DNA of 64,000 bases from an uncultured Planctomycetia bacterium (lineage in GTDB: Bacteria > Omnitrophota > Gorgyraeia > Duberdicusellales > 4484-171). The position numbers and the translations under genes are program-made. Where the stretch lies: the NCBI GenBank assembly GCA_964629655.1, contig CAZVQU010000001.1, forward strand, positions 84,788 through 148,787, in the 5' to 3' direction. Positions 28,226-37,920 of the stretch are shown here, in pieces (position 1 is the stretch's first letter; each line of letters opens with the position of its first letter). Below the pieces are notes generated by a model, which saw only the letters and a program-made list of their open reading frames with translations, was not told the DNA's origin and did no database searches.

Positions 28226-29052
28226 TTCTCGCTCCCCAAACGGCTCTTCATATCCTCTACCCAAGCATAAGGTATGCTTACTTGCCCAACTCCGACAAAC
28301 TCCTTATAGCTTCCATGAGCATCGGAGCCTCCACTTTGCAGCCGTCGGAACTTAATTGCCATATTTTTGTAGAGCGAGCTCTTAGCAAAAGACATTGTGG
28401 GATACACTGTTTCCAATCCATCAACGCCTAAAGAGATAAACTCTTCTACCCAAGATTGATCAGGAATTACATGAGGATGGGCAATAAAACTTAGGCCTCC
28501 AGATTTCCTGATAAGCTGAATCGCCTCTTCTACTGAATATTTAAAACGGGCGCTATAAGCTGGCTGACCTGGAGAAAGGTACTTTTGAAAAGCCTGACGC
28601 AAAGTTTTAACCTTACCCTTTTCTAGAAGGTATAGAGCCAGATGCAACCTTGTAGGAATGGCCCCTTTTATCTTTAAAAACAGGTCTTCAATATCAACCT
28701 TTACGCCTAAAGAATTTAGCTTCTCCCCCATCCATAAAATCCTTTCTCTTCTTAATTCCTTTATCTGGGCTAACTCTGCTTTTAATTTCTCATTTTCAGA
28801 ATCAACAAAATAACCTAGGATATGGACTTCTGTTCCTTTATGCTCAGCGCTTAGCTCAAGACCTTCGACCAACTCAATACCATAACTCTCGCTGTAAGCA
28901 CGAGCAGAATTCATGCCATCAAGAGTATCATGGTCAGTAACAGCAATGCAAGCTAATCCCTTTTCCCTAGCCTGTTTAAAAATAGTCTCTAACTCAGCAT
29001 CACTATCGGAAAAATTAGAGTGAATATGTAAATCGCACTCCTTATCCTTCAT
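28219..29052 (-). CDS. PHP-domain phosphoesterase (TrpH/YciV-like)
   Basis: DLHIHS..SD, TDHDT, HILGY, AHP, GGSDAHG metal ligands. Confidence 0.88.
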   Translation of the reverse strand: MKDKECDLHIHSNFSDSDAELETIFKQAREKGLACIAVTDHDTLDGMNSARAYSESYGIELVEGLELSAEHKGTEVHILGYFVDSENEKLKAELAQIKELRRERILWMGEKLNSLGVKVDIEDLFLKIKGAIPTRLHLALYLLEKGKVKTLRQAFQKYLSPGQPAYSARFKYSVEEAIQLIRKSGGLSFIAHPHVIPDQSWVEEFISLGVDGLETVYPTMSFAKSSLYKNMAIKFRRLQSGGSDAHGSYKEFVGVGQVSIPYAWVEDMKSRLGSEKC

Positions 29053-29062
29053 CCTTCATCCT
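29042..29062. repeat. Heptamer tandem repeat (AGGATGA)2 AGGATAA on - strand
   Basis: ttatcct tcatcct tcatcct on + strand. Confidence 0.8.
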
Positions 29063-29479
29063 TTTCTCTTTTGCTCCCTTCTCCATCTTATATATTTTAT
29101 CTAATATCCCATTGACAAATCGAGGAGAATCAACATCACCAAAGCGTTTTGCTAATTCGATAGCTTCATTTATGGCAACTTTAGGAGGGATATCCTCTGA
29201 AAAGAGCAATTCAAAACATCCCATTCTTAAAATATTTCGATCAATAACTGCCATTCTCTCGATTTCCCAATTTTTTACATGTTCCTTTATCAAAGAGTCA
29301 ATTGAAGAAATATTAATTATCACTCCTTCTACCAATAAGGAAAAGAAGTCAATAATTTCTTGTTTTTGAGGGTAATTTTCTAGATAACTATTGAGGGCTT
29401 GGCGAGAATCAACTTTTGATATCTCTATCTGATAAAGAAGGGATAAAGCTATTGCTCTTGCTTTTGATCTTAAACGCAT
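29042..29479 (-). CDS. nusB: Transcription antitermination factor NusB
   Basis: RSKAR..A...LYQ, DRNILR, VAINEAIELAKRFG, FVNGILD; start ATG 29479. Confidence 0.96.
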   Translation of the reverse strand: MRLRSKARAIALSLLYQIEISKVDSRQALNSYLENYPQKQEIIDFFSLLVEGVIINISSIDSLIKEHVKNWEIERMAVIDRNILRMGCFELLFSEDIPPKVAINEAIELAKRFGDVDSPRFVNGILDKIYKMEKGAKEKRMKDEG

Positions 29480-29516
29480 AATACAACAAATTGTCAAACT
29501 GAATATTTATTCGCAA

Positions 29517-29975
29517 TTATATCTGCGAATAAATATCTGCCATCTCTAAAGCTGACAGGGCAGCATCCCTACCTTTATTGCCTTGCTTTGCTCCTGCTCT
29601 CTCTACTGCTTGCTCTATAGTGTCAGCAGTAATTATTCCGAAGGTGGCCGGAATTTTCTTATCTTGTGAAATCCGGGCTACCCCCTTGGCGACTTCAGAT
29701 GCAATATAATCAAAATGAGGAGTTTCTCCTCTTATTACTGCACCCAAGGCGATAACAGCGTTAAACTTCTTTGTATCTAACTTGCTTAATACTTGAGGTA
29801 TCTCAAAAGAACCCGGTGTCCAAATAACAGAAATATTTTCCTTTGTTACTCCTGATTTCTTTAAGGTATCCACACAACCTTGAAGTAGTTGATTACTAAT
29901 GAATTCATTGAACCGTGAAATAACAACTGCGATTTTCTTGCCTTTGCCTACAAAATTTCCTCTTATCTCTTTCAT
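29517..29975 (-). CDS. ribH: 6,7-dimethyl-8-ribityllumazine synthase
   Basis: SRFNEFI, PGSFEIP, GAVIRGETPHFDY, GNKG. Confidence 0.97.
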   Translation of the reverse strand: MKEIRGNFVGKGKKIAVVISRFNEFISNQLLQGCVDTLKKSGVTKENISVIWTPGSFEIPQVLSKLDTKKFNAVIALGAVIRGETPHFDYIASEVAKGVARISQDKKIPATFGIITADTIEQAVERAGAKQGNKGRDAALSALEMADIYSQI

Positions 29976-29993
29976 CCCTACCTCCTTTATCTC

Positions 29994-31181
29994 CTATATC
30001 ATATGGTCCATTTTTTTCTTCTTTGTCTCTAGATAATGCTTGCTATGCTCTGCCTCCTCTATTTTTATTGGCACTCGCTCAATAACTTTTAGACCGTAAC
30101 CCTCAAGGCCAATAATCTTCTTAGGATTATTTGTAAGAAGCTTAATCCTTTTTACCCCTAAATCTGCTAAAATTTGTGCTCCGATTCCATAATCTCTTAA
30201 ATCAGGAGGAAAACCCAACAGGCGATTTGCCTCTACAGTATCAGCTCCCTTCTCCTGCAAACTATAGGCTTTTATCTTATTCTTTAAACCAATGCCTCTC
30301 CCCTCTTGGCGCAGGTAAAGAAAAACTCCCCCTTCTCTACCTATTATCTCTAGTGACCTTTGAAGTTGACTGCCACAGTCGCAGCGTCGTGAAAGAAATA
30401 TATCCCCAGTAAGGCACTCTGAATGCGCACGGACAAGAACCGGTTTGTCAGTAATGCTTCCCTTGACTAAAGCAATATGCTCACTTCCATCAATTAAAGA
30501 CTCATAAAGGAATAAACTAAACTGCCCATGCTCAGTAGGCAAATTTACCTTTTCCACTAACTTTATTAACTTCTCTTTTTTCCGCCGATATTCAATCAAC
30601 GAAGCAATGGTGCATATTTTTAAATTATGTTTCTTAGCAAATTTAATTAAATCAGGAAGCCTGGCCATAGAGCCATCTTGATTTATAATTTCACAAATCA
30701 CTCCGGCAGGATAAAGGCCAGACAATCTTGTAAAATCAACAGCCGCCTCAGTATGCCCAGCTCTTACCAAAACTCCGCCCTCTTTTGCCTCTAGGGGAAA
30801 AATATGGCCGGGTTTTATTAAGTCTTGAGAGATGCTTTTTGGTGAGATTAAAACCTTTATTGTTCTGGCTCGATCAAAAGCTGAAATCCCAGTAGTTGTA
30901 CCCATAGCCGCATCTGCTGAAACTCTCCAGGCTGTCTTAAAAGGGTCTGCTCCGGCCTGATGGTGCATCGGGCCTAAACCTAATTCATCAATCCTTTTCT
31001 TTGTGAGAGGAACGCAGACTAAACCCTTAGCCTCAGTTATCATAAAATTGATGACTTCAGGCGTAGCAAATTCAGCGGCGACAACTAAATCACCTTCATT
31101 CTCCCTAGCCTCATCATCAACTACAATAACCGGCCGACCAGATTTAATTTCTGCAAGAATATCTTCAATGTGGGCAAACAT
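29994..31181 (-). CDS. ribBA: Bifunctional DHBP synthase / GTP cyclohydrolase II
   Basis: [46 protein letters not shown]. Confidence 0.97.
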   Translation of the reverse strand: MFAHIEDILAEIKSGRPVIVVDDEARENEGDLVVAAEFATPEVINFMITEAKGLVCVPLTKKRIDELGLGPMHHQAGADPFKTAWRVSADAAMGTTTGISAFDRARTIKVLISPKSISQDLIKPGHIFPLEAKEGGVLVRAGHTEAAVDFTRLSGLYPAGVICEIINQDGSMARLPDLIKFAKKHNLKICTIASLIEYRRKKEKLIKLVEKVNLPTEHGQFSLFLYESLIDGSEHIALVKGSITDKPVLVRAHSECLTGDIFLSRRCDCGSQLQRSLEIIGREGGVFLYLRQEGRGIGLKNKIKAYSLQEKGADTVEANRLLGFPPDLRDYGIGAQILADLGVKRIKLLTNNPKKIIGLEGYGLKVIERVPIKIEEAEHSKHYLETKKKKMDHMI

Positions 31182-31204
31182 AATCTCCTCCCAGAGTGTA
31201 GAAT

Positions 31205-31233
31205 AACTTAACTCATTAACCCTTAATTGTCAA
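31205..31233 (-). promoter_or_regulatory. Sigma70-type promoter of ribBA
   Basis: TTGACA-17 nt-TAAGTT followed by GGAGGAG SD. Confidence 0.5.
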
Positions 31234-31306
31234 GGGGTTTCCACCTCTTAGGTTTTAGGGCTTTTCAGTATTTTGAATCTTCGGAAAGATGAATACGAAG
31301 AATAAA

Positions 31307-31723
31307 TTATCGCTTGGTCCACTGGAAGCGACGACGAGCGCCTTTGCGCCCATATTTCTTTCTTTCTTTGGCCCGAGGATCACGGGTAAGTAAATCTTCT
31401 CTTCGTAATAAAGCTCTTAATTGAGGGTTCCATTCTACTAGGCACCGAGAGATACCTAGGCTTACTGCTCCAGCCTGACCACCTACTCCACCACCATCTA
31501 CATTAGCAGAGATATCTATCTTGCCTTGGAGCTCAGTAACTATCAGAGGCTTTTTAACTTGCATTATATTATCGATAGTAGAAAAATATTTTTCAATCGC
31601 TCTACCATTAATAATAATTTTACCTTTTTCTTTAGGAATAAATCTTACACGGGCAACCGCTTTTTTTCTCCGACCGGTAGCCATAAATATTTCTTTATCT
31701 TTATCTTTATTTACTTCCTTCAT
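31307..31723 (-). CDS. rpsI: 30S ribosomal protein S9
   Basis: TGRRKKAVARV, GGG..GQAGA, LTRDPR.KERKKYG...FQWTKR. Confidence 0.98.
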   Translation of the reverse strand: MKEVNKDKDKEIFMATGRRKKAVARVRFIPKEKGKIIINGRAIEKYFSTIDNIMQVKKPLIVTELQGKIDISANVDGGGVGGQAGAVSLGISRCLVEWNPQLRALLRREDLLTRDPRAKERKKYGRKGARRRFQWTKR

Positions 31724-31725
31724 AG

Positions 31726-32151
31726 TTAAATACCTATTGTTTGTGGTTTTTGAGCCTTTTGTTTATGCATACCTTCAGGATAAATCTTTAAAGATTTAAG
31801 CATTTGAGCCCCTAAGTTACTCTTAGGAAGCATTCCTCTCACAGCCAGATAAAGCGCGCGAGAAGGGTTTTTATCCATCAACACCTTAAGGCTCATCTCT
31901 TTACGACCGTTATGAAAACCGGTAAATTTATCATAAATTTTGCTTTCCAGCTTATTTGCGCTAAACTTTATAAGCTTGGCATTTATTACAATAACCCTAT
32001 CCCCGCAAAGAAAATTAGGGGTATAGGTAGGTTTTGTCTTGCCTTGCAGTATCCTGGCTATACGGGTAGATAATCTACCCAAAACCTTATCCTTGGCATC
32101 GACAAGCACCCATTTTCGCTCTTCTTTATTGAAGAATTTAGTCTTTTTCAT
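31726..32151 (-). CDS. rplM: 50S ribosomal protein L13
   Basis: WVLVDA...LGRL, GKTKPTYTP...GD.VIVINA, AVRGMLPK. Confidence 0.97.
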   Translation of the reverse strand: MKKTKFFNKEERKWVLVDAKDKVLGRLSTRIARILQGKTKPTYTPNFLCGDRVIVINAKLIKFSANKLESKIYDKFTGFHNGRKEMSLKVLMDKNPSRALYLAVRGMLPKSNLGAQMLKSLKIYPEGMHKQKAQKPQTIGI

Positions 32152-32159
32152 AGACAGCT

Positions 32160-32187
32160 TTTATATCATATCTGGTAATAATGTCAA
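32160..32187 (-). promoter_or_regulatory. Sigma70-type promoter of rplM-rpsI (near-leaderless)
   Basis: TTGACA-16 nt-TATAAA with extended TG, 8 nt before ATG. Confidence 0.6.
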
Positions 32188-32894
32188 TATTTATTTATAT
32201 TTTCCAAATCTATTCTTCCTTCATAGATAGCCTTACCGACAATTACTCCCCAAACAAAGGGGGTTTCTTCCTTTATTCTCTTGATATCTTCCGGAGAAGA
32301 TACCCCTCCGGAAACAATAATATTAGCCTCCTTAAACGAGGAAAATTCCTTTACTGGCTCCAGATTCAACCCCTCTAGGGTCCCATCCCGAGAAATATCA
32401 GTATATATTATCCACTTTATCCCCTTCTCGATTAGGGTTTTGATGAAGTCTAAGGCTTCAAGGGAGGTCTTCTCCTGCCAGCCTTTTACGGCAACTTTAG
32501 AACCAATGGTATCTGCACTTACCGCAATCCTATCAACGCCTATTGCTCTTATCAAATCTTTAAGAAACTTCCCCTCTAAGCTCTTAGTACCTACTATTAC
32601 CCTCTGAGCTCCTAAAGATATTAGCTTTTTTGCTCTATCTATGTCGCGAATTCCTCCGCCTACCTCTACCTTAATATCGACTTTGCCTAGAATCTTAGCG
32701 ATAATTCTTAAGTTATCTTCCTGGCCTAAGGCAGCTGACAAATCAACTAAATGAAGAAGTTCTGCTCCTTTCTTCTTCCATTCTAGAGCTACCTGAAGAG
32801 GATTATCGCTATATATAGTAGAATCAGCGGGGTTTCCCTTCAAGAGACGAACTACCTTCCCTTCCCATAGATCAATTGCTGGTATTACTAACAT
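32184..32894 (-). CDS. hisA: ProFAR isomerase HisA
   Basis: IPAIDL..GKVVRL, HLVDL, VGGGIR, TDISRDGTLEG, SGGV. Confidence 0.96.
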   Translation of the reverse strand: MLVIPAIDLWEGKVVRLLKGNPADSTIYSDNPLQVALEWKKKGAELLHLVDLSAALGQEDNLRIIAKILGKVDIKVEVGGGIRDIDRAKKLISLGAQRVIVGTKSLEGKFLKDLIRAIGVDRIAVSADTIGSKVAVKGWQEKTSLEALDFIKTLIEKGIKWIIYTDISRDGTLEGLNLEPVKEFSSFKEANIIVSGGVSSPEDIKRIKEETPFVWGVIVGKAIYEGRIDLENINKY

Positions 32895-33517
32895 ATCTTT
32901 AAAAAGTTATTAAAAACCTTCAGGCCTAATTTTTGGCTCTTCTCAGGGTGAAATTGCACTGCCCATACATTATCCTTATGTAAAGCGGAAGCAAATTTGC
33001 TCCCATAGGAAGTAGCTGCTAGCACAACATTACTATTTCTTGGCTTGCAATAGTAAGAGTGAGCAAAATAAAAATGACTGTTATTTTTAATTCCTTCAAA
33101 TAACCTTTTTCCTTCTTCTCTAGTTTTTCTTCCTTCACTATTAATCTCTATTTGATTCCATCCCATATGAGGAATAATTAACTTCTTGCCAGTAAACTTT
33201 TTTACCTCCCCCTCAATAATTCCTAATCCTTTTACCCCGGGAGCTTCTTGGCTCTTCTCTAGTAATAGTTGCATCCCAAGGCAAATTCCCAAGAAAGGAA
33301 CACCTTCTGCGATTCTTTTCTTCAAAAGACAAAAAAGCTTTCTTTTTTTTAACTCTTTGACTGCCCGGTGAAAGTGACCTACTCCAGGAAAAATTATTCT
33401 CTTAGCCTTCTTTATGATGGCCGGGGAACTACTCACTCTTACCTTCCTGCCTAAGAATAGAGCACTATTCTCTACACTCTTTAAGTTTCCCATTCCATAA
33501 TCTACAATTGTTATCAT
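32888..33517 (-). CDS. hisH: Imidazole glycerol phosphate synthase glutaminase subunit
   Basis: DYGMGNL.SV, PGVG, GICLGMQ, PHMGWN, QFHPEKS. Confidence 0.97.
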   Translation of the reverse strand: MITIVDYGMGNLKSVENSALFLGRKVRVSSSPAIIKKAKRIIFPGVGHFHRAVKELKKRKLFCLLKKRIAEGVPFLGICLGMQLLLEKSQEAPGVKGLGIIEGEVKKFTGKKLIIPHMGWNQIEINSEGRKTREEGKRLFEGIKNNSHFYFAHSYYCKPRNSNVVLAATSYGSKFASALHKDNVWAVQFHPEKSQKLGLKVFNNFLKIC

Positions 33518-33532
33518 CTTTTAATTATTTGG

Positions 33533-34174
33533 CTAGTCTATTATTCCTTTTGTCGAAGGAACACCTTTGCGGCGAGAATCAATTTGAGTGGCTTGGTCCA
33601 AGGCCTTACCCATAGCTTTAAAAAGAGCTTCCAATAAATGGTGCAAATCGCCTTCTCCTGATTTTATATTATAGACAAGGCTTAAACCAGCATGCTGGAT
33701 AAAAGCCCCTAGAAACTCTTCAGCATCTTTAGAGGTAAAACCAGTGTCATCAAAATCTTCATCTGCTAAAATAGTCTCTATTTTCATTTTATCATCTGCA
33801 CTTATTTGCCTATGTAATACAGGCCTTCCACTTATATCAACATTCGCCTCAACAACAACTTTATCCATAGTTGCCGAAAATGAACCATATCTATTAATAC
33901 CAGCTTTATCTCCTAGGGCAACCTTAAAGGCTTTGCCAAGAGCAATGCCAATATCTTCAATTATATGGTGAGCAAGATCTCCTTTAGCTTTTAAATTTAA
34001 ATCAAATAGGCCATGAAAAGCAAATAATGTAAGTAGATGGTTAAGGGGTTCAAAAACTGTACTTATTTTAGTTTTTCCCTCCCCGTCAATAACAAACTCA
34101 CCTTTGATATCTACTTCGTTTGTCTTTCGACTTATCGCTGCTTTTCTTACCTCTTTTTTCTTCTTAAACCACAT
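33533..34174 (-). CDS. hisB: Imidazoleglycerol-phosphate dehydratase (monofunctional, divergent)
   Basis: RKTNE, HHIIED, DISGRP, HHLLEALFKA, PSTKG. Confidence 0.9.
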   Translation of the reverse strand: MWFKKKKEVRKAAISRKTNEVDIKGEFVIDGEGKTKISTVFEPLNHLLTLFAFHGLFDLNLKAKGDLAHHIIEDIGIALGKAFKVALGDKAGINRYGSFSATMDKVVVEANVDISGRPVLHRQISADDKMKIETILADEDFDDTGFTSKDAEEFLGAFIQHAGLSLVYNIKSGEGDLHHLLEALFKAMGKALDQATQIDSRRKGVPSTKGIID

Positions 34175-34189
34175 ACTTCCTCCGTAAAT

Positions 34190-35407
34190 TTAGACTAGTC
34201 GTTTCTTAACACTCTCTATGTGCTTAACCATTCCTTCAAGGTTGGCTATCTTTTCTAATACCTGTTCCTCTTCCTGCAAAGCCTTCTTAGTGTAATTTAT
34301 AATGTGAGACTCTTTGAGAAAAGACCTGACCGAAAGACAAGAGAAAAACCGGCTGCTTCCTCCAGTAGGAAGAACATGACTGGGTCCGGCAGTATAATCC
34401 CCTAAAGCAACCGGAGTGTAATCCCCTAAGAATATTGCCCCGGCATTTCTGATCTTCTTTAAAAGCGAAGACGGCTTTTTGGTTAAGATTTCTAAATGCT
34501 CAGGCGAAATACAATTTACTACCCGGCAACCTTCGTCTAGATTTCTCACCCGTAGAGCTAGACCAGGAATTTTCTTTTTCCTTACCTCTCTTATAATCTT
34601 TCGGGAGTTAGTAACCAAAATTCCCAAACCATTATAGTGTTCTATCTGAGCTTCCAAATCAGCTATAATGTGCTCTACATTAGCATCTTTGGAAGCCAAA
34701 ATAACTACCTCCGAAGGACCAGCAAGCATATCAATATCAACCTCTCCAAAGAGCTGACGCTTGGCTTCAGTGACAAATTCATTCCCCGGACCAACAATCT
34801 TATCAACCTTCCTGATTGTTTTAGTTCCGCAGGCTAAGGCAGCAATAGCTTGGGCACCTCCAAGACGGTATATTTCCTTTATGTTCAACAAAGAAGCTAA
34901 GGCTAATATAAAAGGATTTATATTTCTGTCTTTACCCGGCGGAGAGACCAAAACCACTTCCTTTACCCCGGCAACCAGAGCTGGAATAACAGCCATATAC
35001 ACTGACGAAACTAAAGGAGCTGTTCCGGCTGGAACGTAAACCCCTACTCTCTCTAAAGGCACATAACGGCTAATCAAAGTCTTACCGCTATCTTCTTTTA
35101 GTCTAATAGTTTTAGGAACTTGACCCTTATAGAATTTAGTTACATTATCTATAGCCAGCTTAAATGCTGAAATAAGGGATGAATCTAGTTCATTAAAAGC
35201 CGCGCTTATCTCCGACTCAGAAATCTTTAATTCCCGAGCTGACACCTTAACCTTATCAAATTTCTTGGTGTATTCAACTAGAGCATTATCTCCATTATCA
35301 CAAACACCTTTGATGATCTTAGAGACCTTTTCGTGAATTTTGTTTTTGCGCACTCTTTTCTTGCGAAGTAATTTTCCTAAGCTTTCTAGATTTCTTACTA
35401 CTCTCAT
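34190..35407 (-). CDS. hisD: Histidinol dehydrogenase
   Basis: GVYVP.G, GGAQAIAALA.GT, KIVGPGN, IDMLAGPSE, PEHLE, GPSHVLPT. Confidence 0.96.
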   Translation of the reverse strand: MRVVRNLESLGKLLRKKRVRKNKIHEKVSKIIKGVCDNGDNALVEYTKKFDKVKVSARELKISESEISAAFNELDSSLISAFKLAIDNVTKFYKGQVPKTIRLKEDSGKTLISRYVPLERVGVYVPAGTAPLVSSVYMAVIPALVAGVKEVVLVSPPGKDRNINPFILALASLLNIKEIYRLGGAQAIAALACGTKTIRKVDKIVGPGNEFVTEAKRQLFGEVDIDMLAGPSEVVILASKDANVEHIIADLEAQIEHYNGLGILVTNSRKIIREVRKKKIPGLALRVRNLDEGCRVVNCISPEHLEILTKKPSSLLKKIRNAGAIFLGDYTPVALGDYTAGPSHVLPTGGSSRFFSCLSVRSFLKESHIINYTKKALQEEEQVLEKIANLEGMVKHIESVKKRLV

Positions 35408-37920
35408 TTTTTAATAGATTTGTTGATAGCTTCTTTAACTTTAGTTATAAAATTATCCTCTCTTTTCCCTATAACACCTCGAGCCATTCTATCATTTCCC
35501 CCACCATTTAAAAATAATTCTTTTCCAGATTCAGAAATAAATCTTTTGCAACTAAACCCTTTTTTGATTATATCATTAGTTGCCGAACAAATAAAAATAT
35601 CTTTTTCGCAACCTTTAGTTGCAATAAATATTATACCTGAGCCTATTTTCTGTTTTATCTGGTCCGAAAGAGCAAGTATTGCTTGAAAGACTGAGTCTTT
35701 TAAAGAAGATTCTGGCTCAAATTCACGGATTGAAACACTTATCCCCTCTATATTACTGTTCAAACCTGTTGTATCTTCTATTTTAACTTCTGGTATTTTT
35801 TCTTTTATTTTTTTTACTACCTTTTTTTGAATATTCCTAGTTTCCTGGACCTTTTGACCAACTGAAGCCCTGATTCTTCTTATCCCACTACTTATTGAAG
35901 ATTCACGTTCAATCTCAAAGTCATTGATCTGAATAGTATTATCAACATGTATACCACCACATAGCTCTTTGCTATAATCAGAAATCGATACTACCCTTAC
36001 CTTGTCCTGATACTTATCTTTAAAAAAAGCAAGAGCACCTTGTTTTTTAGCCTCCTCCAGGTTTAACTCTTTTTTTTCTACTTTATCAGCAGATTTGATA
36101 AATTTTCTGACCAGATCTCCTACTTCTTTCCTTTCTTCATCAGTCAATCGGTCAAAATGCGTAAAATCAAAACGAAAGTTGTCTTCATCAACCAAAGAGC
36201 CCTGCTGAATAACATGCTCACCTAATATTTTGCGCAAAGCTGCCTGAAGAAGATGAGTAGCAGTATGAGCCCTGGCTAGAGCCTCTCTTCTTTTGGTGTC
36301 AACAATAGCTAAGGCCGCGCCTTCTTCCATTCTTCCCTTAACCACTTTACCTTTATGGACAATGGCCTCGTTTACTTTAAAAACTTTTTCCACTTTAAAC
36401 TCTCCGTTTTCTGAACGAATAATACCCTGGTCCGAAAGTTGACCTCCTGATTCCGAATAAAAAGGAGTCTTATCCAAAATGATCAATCCCTGGGCAGGAA
36501 ATATCTGCTCTATGATAACCTTGCCCTCAGTAAGCTTGTAGCCGATAAATTCTGTTTTCTGACTCAAATCTAATTCCTCTTTCTTGAATATATTTTCATC
36601 AAACATACTTCTCTTACGCGAACGCTCTTGCTGTTCCTTAAACAAGGTCTCAAACTTTCCTTCATCAATGCCAAACCCTCTTATTTGAGCGAATTCCCTA
36701 ATTATCTCTAAAGGCACTCCGTGAGTGTCATATAGGCGAAATACATCCTCAGGAGGAAACTCTCTCTTAGCCGCTTTACCAAGCTCATCCATAATAAGAT
36801 TAGCCTGAATTTGCCCCTCTTTAATCGCTAGAAAATACTTTTCCTCTTCAGATAATATAATCTTTGAGATATTATCTCTTTTCTGCTTAATCTCTGGATA
36901 GATATCACCCATGAATTCTGCAAAGCGTTTAGGCAACTTATAGAGAAACGGATCTTTATTGCCTAAACCTCTTGCCTTAAGCAAGGCTCTTCTTATAATC
37001 TTCCTTATTACATATCCCCTTCCTTCATTAGAAGGGTAAACTCCGTCAGCAATTGCAAAAGTAGCAGCCCGGGCATGGTCAACTATGGCATTTACAGAAT
37101 TTTTGGTCAATTCTTCGCGACTAGAACTTTTTATAACCATTTCCCTAACTTCTCTTATAATCGGAGCTAAAATATCTATTTGGAAATTGGACTCTACTTT
37201 TTGTAAGACAGCAGCCATTCTCTCTAAACCCATACCAGTATCAATATTCTTCTGAGGCAGGGGCTCTAGCTTATTTACTCCCACTCGATTAAATTCTGTA
37301 AATACTAAATTCCAAACCTCAACAAATCGGCCACAGCTACAATCAGGATTACACTCCTTTTTCCCACAACCAACATCTACGCCTTTATCAAAGAAAATCT
37401 CAGAACAAGGGCCACATGGCCCATTGGGTCCGTCACTAGGAGCATTAGCTGGCCAAAAATTACTATCTTCACCTAGCTTAACTATTTTTTCTTCAGGAAC
37501 GCCAATATTATCCTTCCAAATACTATAAGCTTCCTGATCATCCTTAAATACCGAGACCCACAAATTCTTCTCATTAATATTCACCTCTTTGGTGATGAAT
37601 TCCCAAGCAAACTCAATTGCTTCTTTCTTGAAATAATCGCCAAAAGAAAAATTTCCCAACATTTCAAAAAAAGTATGATGGTAAGCAGTTTCACCTACTC
37701 TTTCTAAGTCACCAGTACGCAAGCACTTCTGACAAGAGGTAGCTCTGGCTATATCCTTTTTCTCGCCCAAAAAATAAGCTTTAAACCGATTCATCCCGGC
37801 AGGGGTAAAAAGAAGGGAAAAATCATCAGTGTCAGGAATTAGAGTATCAGAAGCAAAAACCTTATGATTCTTTTTTTTAAAAAACTCTAAGTATTTTTTT
37901 CTTAATTCACTTGTCTTCAA
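35404..37920 (-). CDS. alaS: Alanine--tRNA ligase
   Basis: HHTFFEMLGNFSFGDYFK, DTGMGLER, HTATHLL, ELCGG.H editing motif. Confidence 0.97.
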   Translation of the reverse strand: MKTSELRKKYLEFFKKKNHKVFASDTLIPDTDDFSLLFTPAGMNRFKAYFLGEKKDIARATSCQKCLRTGDLERVGETAYHHTFFEMLGNFSFGDYFKKEAIEFAWEFITKEVNINEKNLWVSVFKDDQEAYSIWKDNIGVPEEKIVKLGEDSNFWPANAPSDGPNGPCGPCSEIFFDKGVDVGCGKKECNPDCSCGRFVEVWNLVFTEFNRVGVNKLEPLPQKNIDTGMGLERMAAVLQKVESNFQIDILAPIIREVREMVIKSSSREELTKNSVNAIVDHARAATFAIADGVYPSNEGRGYVIRKIIRRALLKARGLGNKDPFLYKLPKRFAEFMGDIYPEIKQKRDNISKIILSEEEKYFLAIKEGQIQANLIMDELGKAAKREFPPEDVFRLYDTHGVPLEIIREFAQIRGFGIDEGKFETLFKEQQERSRKRSMFDENIFKKEELDLSQKTEFIGYKLTEGKVIIEQIFPAQGLIILDKTPFYSESGGQLSDQGIIRSENGEFKVEKVFKVNEAIVHKGKVVKGRMEEGAALAIVDTKRREALARAHTATHLLQAALRKILGEHVIQQGSLVDEDNFRFDFTHFDRLTDEERKEVGDLVRKFIKSADKVEKKELNLEEAKKQGALAFFKDKYQDKVRVVSISDYSKELCGGIHVDNTIQINDFEIERESSISSGIRRIRASVGQKVQETRNIQKKVVKKIKEKIPEVKIEDTTGLNSNIEGISVSIREFEPESSLKDSVFQAILALSDQIKQKIGSGIIFIATKGCEKDIFICSATNDIIKKGFSCKRFISESGKELFLNGGGNDRMARGVIGKREDNFITKVKEAINKSIKK

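Noticed and set aside
31182-31306. FMN riboswitch upstream of ribBA
   Set aside because: No RFN motifs (AGGGCGGGG, GAAAUUCCCGACCG); the promoter lies close to the SD
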